From: Sarea resinae | Lineage: Eukaryota | Length of the DNA: 20,000 bases | Assembly: GCA_026026165.1 (NCBI GenBank) | Contig: JAPEUD010000067.1 | Span: 117,533-137,532, forward strand | Reading direction: 5' to 3' | In this document: piece by piece, positions 1-9,800 of the stretch | Layout: each line of letters begins with the position of its first letter | Position numbering within the stretch: the stretch's first letter is position 1 | The notes under the pieces: model-generated | Told to the model about the DNA's origin: nothing | The model's database searches: none | The model's input: the letters and a program-made list of their open reading frames with translations, nothing else | Program-made: the position numbers and the translations under genes

Positions 1-1745
1 GAAGATCTTAGAATCTTATAGGTAATTCTCTTACAGTTTAATTTGCCTTACTACTTATTTATTGCTGTTCTACTAAGTATAAAGTAGCCTAAGTGTTATT
101 AGATATATATTATCTGCTTATTAGTATACTCTCTTTACAATTAACTAAGTTCACTTTAATATGATTTAGCCTAAGGCTTATTATTTATCTTCTTATTATA
201 TAAAGACACTCTTATTTATTTAGATTCTTTCTAGACAGACAATTGCACTTAGATACTTCTTTATCTATTAGTGTACTTATCTAGCTATTAAGAGTTGCTA
301 GTATAAGTTGACTTTCTAGACCCTTAGTGCTATCTAACTAATATCTCTTTCTCTAAGTAGGTGTATTCTATATTATTAGATTAAGTGAATTATTACTATC
401 TTCTATGTTTTTAGCAGCAGATATAGCGCTAACATTAGATAACTAACTAAGTAGGCTTTGTATTAGAGATATTATAGCTTGCTTATAATTCTCTTTATTA
501 CTATCTAATAACATTAGCTATAGTTGCTTTTAGACTAGAGAAGTAGTAGTAGTAATCACTAGATCTAAACTATATTTAGTCCTTTAGTAGTAGTCTTTTA
601 TTAAGTGTAAGTATTATAGAAGGCAACTACTTTGTTTAGTATAGATTAGATAAGTAGAGATAGAAACAAGTGTTATTATTAGTAAAGTAGTTAAGTTTTT
701 ATTCCTTAGTAGACTAAATATCTTGCTAAGAATAAGTCTAGAGTTATTTAAGAGGTATTGTAAAAGTTACTAGCTTCTCTATATAGAGCAGATTTAGATA
801 GCTAGGAGTTTAGTGTGTAGAAGACATTAGTATTAAATAGGAATTTAAAGAGAGAGAGAATTATTAGTCTAAGTAGAGATAAGTATTATCACTTAAATTA
901 TATCTTTACAAATTAACAGATAATTATATCGCTATTAGAATAACTTATATAATTAATTTAGATTTATATATACTTAGACTAATTAAAATAACACTAAACA
1001 AAATAAAAGAGACTAACTTAAAGTAGATTAGCAGATATTAGCTTCTATACCTTATTAAAGTTATCTAAAAGACACTTATAGTTTAGAACTAACTATTGCT
1101 ACAATCTCTACTAGGCTGCTAGAATAGAGTATAGTAGAAGAGTAGGTAATAACAGTCTTAAGAGTAGTAGATATATATATCTACTGCTCTTAGTATTATA
1201 AAGTCGCCTATAATTAAATAAAAACTTATATTAGCTGTGTTTATTACATGTCCTATTTGTCTTTATCTCTTTTATATATTGTAGAGTTAATAATAGAGGT
1301 TGTTATCTTTAGTATCTATATTATCTTTACTGCTAATCTTAACTTTAACTTGTAGCAGAACTAGCAGATTGTTCTTCTTTAAGGCTGTGTTATTTAGGAT
1401 ACCTCTTAACCTCTAGGTAGCTATAAGTGTATTCTTAATTATAGACTTAGTGTTAATAAATTAATATAAAGTCACCTTATTATACTAGCTAATACAGTAA
1501 ACTCTATTAAGTGCTTATTACTTAGAGGTGTCTATATAATTAGGTTTAAAGACAACTACTAGATTCGCGCGAATTAAGGTTAAGCCTAGTAATATTATAC
1601 CTATTGTCTTAACTAAGTAAAAAGGTTCTAAGCTAGAGAACATATCTATAATGCCTTAGAATTATTCTACTAACCTTAAGCGCTTTGCTATAGAGATTCT
1701 GCTATAGAATAGAGCAACTAGCTTATATCTAATATATTTTATCTA

Positions 1746-1799
1746 CTATATATCTGCTATTAGCCTAAGTATATTATCTAGTAGATAAATACTACTTAC
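1746..1799 (-). other. Relic spliceosomal intron in SNF2 pseudogene
   Basis: Minus strand reads GTAAGT...GCTAAT...TAG, 54 nt, within the helicase C-terminal lobe just after EKIVIFT. The acceptor could alternatively be 3 nt further on. Confidence 0.6.
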
Positions 1800-3181
1800 T
1801 ATTACAATAATAAAGGCTATAATTAGGAATACAGTAAAGATAACTATCTTTTCACTCTCTATCCTTAAATTCACTCCTATATTATTAATAAGATTATCTA
1901 GTGCTTTTAATTTAGAGAATAACTAGCTAAGTATTTCTAGATTGTTATACAACAGATATAATTCCTAATCCTTAGTAGCTATAGACCTAACGCTTAATAA
2001 GCTCTAGTCTAACCTAGCTAGATTAGAGTAGGTAAGGCCTAGGAATAAAGAGATAATTTGTAGTCGCTATATATATTAGAAATATATTATTAAAGTAATA
2101 CATTATCCTTTATTTAACTCTAGAATTTAGTTTGTTCTTACTACTATAACAGCTTGCTATTGTTTATATACTGTCTTCTAGTAGTTATTGCTAAACTAGA
2201 CTAATAATTTATATCTGCAGAACAGTAAGAGGTTAATTAGTAGGTAGCTGTCTAAGTCGACTGCATTTTTATCCTATTAGATTATTAGCACGCTAAGGAA
2301 GCTAATAAAATTCTAGGCATATTAATTAAAGTCTTTATTAGTAGAAGGTAGTTGCAGTCTGTTAGGTTTTGCTATGCAATTAAATAGATTTTTATACTAA
2401 CTTTTAATAAAGTCTAACTTTTTAGGCAAGCATTTTTATCTAATGCAAGAGAGATTAGTTGTCTATTAGGTATATATAAGAATGTTTACCTTCTCTCTTA
2501 AGTCTCTAGGTATAATAAATAGAGTGCTAGAGAGGAACTATATTATAAGCTAGTGTTCCTTATAGCTTTATCTTAAGGTAGTTAGGTCTTAAATTAGGTT
2601 AGTGTTCTTTAATTTAATAATGTGCGCCTTATCTACTACTATCTACTAAAATTAAGTTTCTGCCTACAAATTGCAGCAAAGTTGCAAACACTTAAACAAT
2701 GTTACTAGGATAACATTTAATCTTATATGTTTGCTACTAGAGTCTGTTTCTATTAAGTCTGCAAACTTATATTCCTATTAACTATACTTAAGAACTATTA
2801 GGTTCTTAGTAATCTATTATACAATAAACGACTTTTAGTATTCTATTACCTATATATAGGTAAGATATGCTAGGTATATAACTATATTTGCTTCTTTATC
2901 TACAGTGATTTAAGAGGTTATAGATCCTAGTTAATATAGGCATTATATCTTATAGAGGTTATTACTAGGACACTTAACGCTATATTTAGTATTGTTATCT
3001 ATATTGTCTAATAAATATAAGTGTAAGTAAAATGTTATATAATATTTAAAGTCTTATACAGATAATACCTACTACTAGCCCTTAGATATCTTCTGTTATA
3101 GATTTGCTAACTCTTTATTATATCTAAGTGATTATAGTATAAGGTCTATAAAGTAGTAATAAGAGCTAATGTTATTAGTAT

Positions 3182-3250
3182 CTGCTAGTAGATTAAGCGT
3201 TAGCTATTAATTTAAGTACATATTAAAGAGACACTATAGTAGACACACAC
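3182..3250 (-). other. Relic spliceosomal intron splitting the Walker A motif (GK|T)
   Basis: Minus strand reads GTGTGT...GCTAAC...CAG, 69 nt. Removing it joins [GFLADGMGFG]K to [T]LxTLALI, restoring the SNF2 motif I consensus. Confidence 0.7.
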
Positions 3251-3681
3251 CTTTCTAAACCCTATCCTATCTGCTAAAAACCCCTCTCTAATTCTGTTGC
3301 TTTTATTGCGTAATATAAATATAATAGCTATAGCTTAATATAGTAGTAGTTAAATAGGTGCTTAAAGAAACAGTAGCTTTATAGGTATTTAGGTTATTAA
3401 TGCAGTGTGTTTAGGAATAAAGAATATAGCTACTATATCCTTCTATATTTAGAGTGTGTCGTGTTAAATTACTAGACTATTTTAAATAACTGTTTAGCGT
3501 TTTACTATCACTAGGTTTATTCTCTTAATTAGGTTATCTACTCTCTCTAATTTGTTATACTATTTGCTAGCAAAAGCACTAAGGTCTTAGAGGCCTATAA
3601 AGTAAGGATAAAAGTTAGTAGAGGTTGTTACTTATAATCCTAGTACTTACTAAGCAGATAATGTTCTGTGCTATATAGATA

Positions 3682-3913
3682 ATTATTAGGTAGCAGATTA
3701 TTATATAGAGTATTATTAGGTGGCAGATTATTATATAGAGTATTATTAGGTAGTAGATTGTTATTTAGAGGATTATTAGGTAGTAGATTGTTATTTAAAG
3801 GATTATTAGGTGGCGGATTATTATTTAGAGGATTATTAGGTAGTAGATTGTTATTTAAAGGATTATTAGGTGGCGGATTATTATTTAGAGGATTATTAGG
3901 TAGCAGATCATTG
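3682..3913. repeat. 30-bp minisatellite, ~7.7 copies
   Basis: Unit is approximately ATTATTAGGTRGYRGATTRTTATWTARAGK, starting at 3682, 3712, 3742, 3772, 3802, 3832, 3862 and 3892. Copies differ mostly by G/A and C/T transitions. Confidence 0.95.
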
Positions 3914-4832
3914 TTTTTAACAAGTAGATAATCCTTATTATTAATGTTATCTTTGTTGCTATTATTATTATTAATGTTATCTTTGTTGTTATCTTTATCC
4001 TTAACATTCTCTTTATTAGTATCCTTGCTATTAATGTCTTCTTTATTAGCCTTATCTCTTATTAGGTTATATATAAGCTTATTAGAAATATTATCTTTAA
4101 TTTGCAGTGATAGGTCTATAAAGAGTTAGCTTTATAGTAATAAGGAATAGTACTGCGTTTAAGTCTAGCAGCTTACACTTAACGTTATAGCAACCTAGCT
4201 TAGGAACTAGTAATAGACATTGTGTTTCCTTTAGCTAATATAGTAATAACTTAGGTGTGCTACTAGACTAACTAACGCTTGTTGCAAGGCCTAGCAACTA
4301 ACTCTTTAGTAGGTGTTAGCTAGTCTTAGTAGTAGAGAGTAAGGTAGTATTTAGTGTTATTACATTTAGGTTTGTATAATATGTCTCTAGTTAGATAATT
4401 AAACAGTCTGTTGCACTAGACAGTTAACAACTATATTAAGACTAGATATAATACCTTATAGCAGACAGTGTATATACCTAGTCTAGGTCTTATCTATATA
4501 GAAACTAAGTTGTCACTAGCTTGCTTAAGGTTTCTGCGTTTTACATCCTATATAAGGTTAACAACTAGAAATCAATGTACTCCTATAAAGAGACACTTAT
4601 AATATAGAATACAATTAGTTATAGGCCTAACTTAAGTACTAGTACAACCTCTTTATTATGTTCTAATCTAATTCTCTCTCTCTCTATATCTGTCTTAATC
4701 TTATTAATAATTGCTGCTTATAGGATAAACCTAGCAATAATATTACAAATACTATCTATAGTTAGAGATAATAGTAGGAAAAGTTAAGTGCTTATCTTAT
4801 TATCTATTGTTATATACTATTTAGCTAGTTAG

Positions 4833-5299
4833 TTGTCTATTAACTATTAGTAAATGTTAGTTAATAGATAAATATATATACCTCTTACTTATTAGTAGTC
4901 TTATAAGAGAAGGTGCTATGTAGATAGTTAGTAGATAAGAAGGTATTAGTGTATAAAGAGTAGTAAGGCTACTAGGTAGAAGGGTATTAGAGTTAGATTA
5001 ATTGTTTATTAGCTATTAGCAAGTGCTATTTAATTAATATAATTAGATGTCTTCTACTTATAGATGTCTTTATAAGCTGCTAAACAGTCTAGTTAGTAGC
5101 TTTATACTAAGAAGAAGCTAGTGTATAGATAGTAACTACTAGAGAACTACTAAGTAGAAAGGTATTAGAGTTATATTAAATGTCTATTAGTTGTTAGCAA
5201 GTGCTATTTAATTGATATAATTATATATCTCTTACTTATAGATATCTCTATAAGCTACTACAATGTTTGTTTAGTAGCTTTCTACTAAAAGAGAGCTAG
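4833..5299. repeat. Degenerate direct repeat of ~170-178 bp period (2 clear copies + 1 partial)
   Basis: 4983-5121 aligns without gaps to 5161-5299 (GGTATTAGAGTTA...TTAGCAAGTGCTATTTAATT...TACTTATAGAT...TTAGTAGCTTT...GCTAG). A more diverged partial copy lies at ~4833-4892. Confidence 0.8.
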
Positions 5300-6531
5300 C
5301 TAGCAAGGGGTAGCTAAAGTACTAAAGGTATTAGATAAGAGCAACAGCAAGGTTCTACTTTTAGATTGTAGTTCTTTCTTTATATTGTCTTATAGCTTCT
5401 TACAGATATCTTATACAATAATAAATAGGTGTTTCTAATTGTAGCTCTATCTAGCAGCTTATCTTCTAATTTAGTCTGCAAATAGTATTAGAAAGTTAGC
5501 AGACTATATTATATCCTCTATTATAGTGTTAACTGTATAATTTCCTGCTGCTTAAAGGTTAGTGCAGCTGTAGTCAGATAATACTTACTAGATAGCCCCT
5601 TATAATCTAGTCTTAGCTTTATTTAATGTGACACTTAGATTTAAGTACACTTCTAATAGCCTCTTTTTTATAAGTTCTTATACTTAAGAATTAGGTCTTA
5701 TAACTGTCTCTTATTCTAGTTGACAAACTATATCCTATTATATCTCTTATTAGTTATATCTATTGTATAATAAGAGAGTAGCTTACTTAGCTAGATTGTT
5801 ATAATATATTAAGAGGTAGAGAGATAACTAGTAAAGAGAATAAGTAGAAAGTAATTAAGGCTAAGAGTATAGCACTAAACTTAAGTTTAGTATAATAAGA
5901 ATAATTAGGCTGCTAGGCTAAGAGAGATATAACAAGCTAAAAGATAAAACATAAGAGAATATAAGTAGAGAGCTAATAAGGCTAGAGATAAAGTTAATAT
6001 CTTAATAGAACAATTATCTAAATTAGTAACAAAGTAAGGTTATATCTAGTAGGAATTCTTAATTAGGCTAGACTAGGTAGTAAGGGTTTTATAGCTTTAA
6101 TATTAGATAAATAATGTGTTAGCGCAGTGTAAGGTGAATAAGAGTAGTAGCAGCAAACAAGAGTAGTAGAAGTAAATAGAGATATAAGGTAAATAGAGAT
6201 CTAACTAAATAAAACAAAGAATAATAACATTATAACATGTAAGAAAGAAGATAAAGAAATGTTGCTATTATTAACTGTTTCTAGCTATTAGCACTTAATA
6301 CTATTAGTATATCTAGTGTGTAATATTGCACCTCTAACTAATATTATATCTAATATGCAATATATTATATAGATAATAGTTTGCTTGTGTTTTAGACAGC
6401 TATTAGTGTAGGAGTAAGGTTAAAGCAATATAAATAGCAGCACTACTTATATAGTGTCTACTTAGTGATAAAAGTCTAATAGTTAGTCTACTACTTAAGT
6501 GAACTATCTGCTAATATAATGTTAAGATAGA

Positions 6532-6536
6532 GTCTT
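6532..6536 (+). repeat. 5-bp target-site duplication (left copy, GTCTT)
   Basis: GTCTT lies immediately before the 5' LTR and recurs immediately after the 3' LTR (15055-15059). Confidence 0.95.
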
Positions 6537-6680
6537 TGTTATCGGCACTGGTGCATCCATGGTGGTACCAGGCCCCTGTAGCTTAGCGAGCCAGCATATT
6601 AGCGCTTGCAGGCTCTTAGCAGTTTAGAAACTAATCCACTTATCATCATCATACGGACCGTCCATGGTCAGCCCGTGCCA
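6537..6680 (+). repeat. 5' LTR (144 bp)
   Basis: TGTTATCGGCAC...CCCGTGCCA, identical base for base to 14911-15054. Confidence 0.97.
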
Positions 6681-6682
6681 AA

Positions 6683-6700
6683 TGGTATCGACGGCGCGTT
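6683..6700 (+). promoter_or_regulatory. Putative primer-binding site (tRNA-type, initiator-Met-like)
   Basis: TGGTATCGACGGCGCGTT begins 2 nt after the 5' LTR. Its complement ends in ...TACCA like a tRNA 3' end. Confidence 0.6.
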
Positions 6701-6862
6701 CTTTGCTTTTGCTTTGAAATTGTCTTCTCGAGATCCATTATATCTCACGGAGACCCCAGGTTGTCATCAAACAACCTACACGTTAGAAACGGTCTCACAC
6801 CTAGAGCCAGCCGTTTGTTTACTACGGACTTTCCATAGTCCCTCCCACGATGCGATAGCCCT

Positions 6863-9800
6863 ATGGCTCGAGACTCAGCTTTGCAGCCTGACCAAGTTCT
6901 CCAACTCGCTGATCAGCTCCTCGCATTACAGAGGCATCATCCAGATCTCCTACCACCGGAGACATCAATATTACTTGACCAGCTAAGCACGCACCGCCGA
7001 CCGAACACACGCCCAACGTCACGACCCCCCTCAAGTGGGAACTCAAACGGAGAATCCGACGGATTTCCTGGCATTTGGACCACTGATTCAGCCCGCCGAA
7101 ACACCGCTATTGCCAATTTCGAGAACGGTGCCTTTCAACTTCAACAGTCACGACGCACCGGTGGATTACGTCATTCGCTAGTCCCACCTTCAGTTGGCAG
7201 CATCGCTGGACCTAGCATTGGTCATTCTACAACTTCACCCGACGAGCCTTCCAACTCAGAAGACATCCCAACAGACACGGGGTCATCGTCACCCGAACAA
7301 TCAGCAGCAGCATCGGGAGTTACCGAAGACGTCATCGATCCGGCAAGAATCACACCAGCCCGACCGAACGACAACGCCCACACACGTTTGGAACCACCAC
7401 GACGTGACCGTGCCCAATCAAACGAGCCCATCATGTCTCAATTATCCCCCCAAGCCCTTGAACAAATTCAAGCCATGATTACTGCTGCAGTACGAGCAGG
7501 CGGAAATCACAACGGTCCCCCCGGTCCCCCTGGCCCTCCTGGCCCACCAGGAGAACCCGGAGAACCCGGAGAACCCGGCGAGAACCGCTATACCGGACAA
7601 TGGAAAGCCGCCGAGATCGGCCTCTTCTACCCCAACCTCCCCGGAGGAGACACCGACGCTCATACCGACGTCGTCGACAAAGATAATAAAACTTTCTATC
7701 GCGATGTGTACGCTTTCACCAATCGAGTCCGAGTCGCTGCCCTAACGCGGGATCCCACAAAAATACGCCAGAATCTGGACTCTTGCCTGCGAGGAGAAGC
7801 CGAGCAGTGGTGGAATACCGAATTGTCTGAGGTCACTAGACTAGGCCTTGTCGCCCACCCGAACGGAGTCGAAGAATGGTGCAAAGCTTTAGAGAAAAGA
7901 TTCAAGCCTACCCCAAGTGCTTCCTGGAATAAATACCAGAACACCCGATACACTGTGGAGGATGCGAGGAGTCACCGCAGCCTCGGAGAATATGTGAGCA
8001 CCTTGGTAGCAGCGGCAAAGGGTTGTGGACAAGGTGACTCCGAATTCGGTCTTGTTACCCAAGCCTGGATGCATTTGGCCCAGCCGTTACGCAAGTACAT
8101 TGACGAACCTACCGAAGACACAACGCTAGAGGGTTTTGCAGAGATACTCCGAAGGAAGCAGACAAACTGGTTCGACGAGTTTAGACGTCAACCTGCACAA
8201 CCTACAGGCCGACAAGGTAATAATAATCGCAGTCAACAGCAGCAATCCAACCTACAATCACAGTCCAATGCTCAGTTCAACCCGCCTCAGTACAATAACG
8301 CTTACAATTTCCGAAATCAGGGCTACCAACCGAACTGGCAACAGTCATATCGTTCCCCGTGGCAACAAACTCCGTGGCAAAACCGGCCTTCTTGGCGTCC
8401 AGGGTCGGCACGAGGAAGAGGACAGCTGCCTTTCCGTCCTCAACCACGCCAAATAACGTCGGGCGGAGAAAGACCGTCAGGTTCCAATAATAATAGCAAT
8501 ACTAGAGGGAATTGGAACAACCAATCCAATAGCAACAGAGGCAATTGGAATAATCAGTCGCAACCATGGCGTCAAGGAGGATTCCCACGTCAGCCCGGAG
8601 CTGCCTACCATGGAGACACCGAGGAAGGACCACAGAACGAAACAACTTCCCCAGAGGGCATACCAGACGAACAAGCCAACCCCGGTAACGACCACGATGC
8701 CGAAGCATACCAAGCATGGGAAGACTCGTTCTACCAAGGCTATGCCTACGCCCATTGGCAAAACCAGGAACAGCCCGAGGAAACCGTTAATAATGCTAAT
8801 CAAGAACATGATCGTGACGGTGATAACAACGGTCAGTCCAATGACGAGGAGGTCGATGCCCACCATGCTACTTTCCACGTCGCATCAACCACAGAAGCTA
8901 CCTGTCGACACTGTCTCCAAACGTTTCCCTCCAGGACTAAGATGTTTAAACACCTGCGGAATGACTGCAGTAAAACCAAGAATATCCAAAACGCCGAAGT
9001 CCTAAACGCCGATATCAGAAACACCGAAGCACGCACCGCCGACACCGAGCCTAGCGACATCACTATCCTTGCGTCCGACGCCTCGGATCTTAAGGGTGAT
9101 GGTTATGGTTTCCGAGGATATCAGTACGTCACGGCAAAAGGCGGACTTACCGTTGAAAAAACCAATCACGATATGTGCTTGGATTCAGGTTGCACGATGT
9201 CCCTCATCGACAGAGAGTTTGTCAAGCGACATGCCCCAACATCGACCACGGTAGAACGAATGGCTTCACCGATCATGGTACGAGGAATAGGCAGTGGCAC
9301 GCACAAATCAGATGAATACGTGACCATGAGCGTCTACTTTCCAGGGACGAAGCCCGATAACAATAGATTGATCGCTAAGATTACGAGGGAATTCCACATC
9401 GTCGATCATCTTAAGGCCAATGTTCTGCTCGGAATCGACGTGCTTGCTCCGGAACATATCGATATTAGCGTATGGAAGAAGCGAGCCACCATCTTCTCCT
9501 GCGGTGGAATAGAAATTCCCCTCACGGTGACGACAAAGGATAAACCAATTGACCGTGTCGTCAAGGCCGCGCAACGACTTACTATCCCCGCCCGGGCCAA
9601 GAGGGCCATCCCGATCGTCTATCGGAAAAACCTACCGAAAGACCGAGATCTATTGTTCGAACCAAAAGGGAAAATGCTACCCAGCGACATAAGCATCTAT
9701 GCCCATATCGTCGACAGCAACGTCTGCGAAATACACGTGCGCAACGACTCTGGCCGGTCTATTACAATCCCTAAGAACACGAAACTAGGGAACATTATTG

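Larger units (their letters stand above)
1290..4130 (-). pseudogene. RIP-inactivated SWI2/SNF2-family ATPase gene with introns (ends approximate)
   Basis: Minus-strand motifs occur in the correct order; de-RIPed readings are in brackets. Motif I GFLADRIGFRK|ILITLALI [GFLADGMGFGK|TLMTLALI] at 3283-3251, continuing after an intron. Motif Ia-like ANIVIYLAYLTYI*VIE [..CPAxLxxxWxxE] at ~2890-2840. Motif II IVVDKAHIIK [DEAH], DKAH at 2633-2622. Motif III *FLSSTL [WFLSGTP] at 2540-2520. SKLKAL at 1916-1899, EKIVIFT at 1853-1833, GLTLIRA at 1586-1566, and motif VI RVYCIS* [RVHRIGQ] at 1505-1485. The N-terminal low-complexity region (3682-4130) is assigned tentatively. Confidence 0.85.
1..6536. other. 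RIP-degenerated AT-rich DNA (left flank)
   Basis: Strong excess of TpA (TAG/TAA/CTA/TTA), near absence of CCA/TGG, scarce CpG and no long ORFs. Relic protein motifs are recoverable by reversing C>T/G>A changes. Composition switches abruptly at 6537. Confidence 0.93.

Noticed and set aside
540..827. Possible RIPed minus-strand gene starting at an ATG at 827
   Set aside because: No recognisable motif. TAA/TAG-only stops are expected in any frame of RIPed DNA.
3498..3521. Minus-strand NKPSDSKT, which de-RIPs to DEPGDGKT (Walker-A-like)
   Set aside because: It lacks the preceding hydrophobic strand. A much better SNF2 motif I lies at 3283-3251.
3682..3913. Regular 30-bp repeats superficially resembling a CRISPR array
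   Set aside because: Units are head-to-tail with no unique spacers, the context is eukaryotic, and there are no cas genes.
3944..4129. 61-aa Leu/Ser-rich ORF resembling a signal or TM peptide
   Set aside because: It is the antisense reading of a RIPed D/N/K-rich low-complexity tract, so the hydrophobicity is a compositional artefact.
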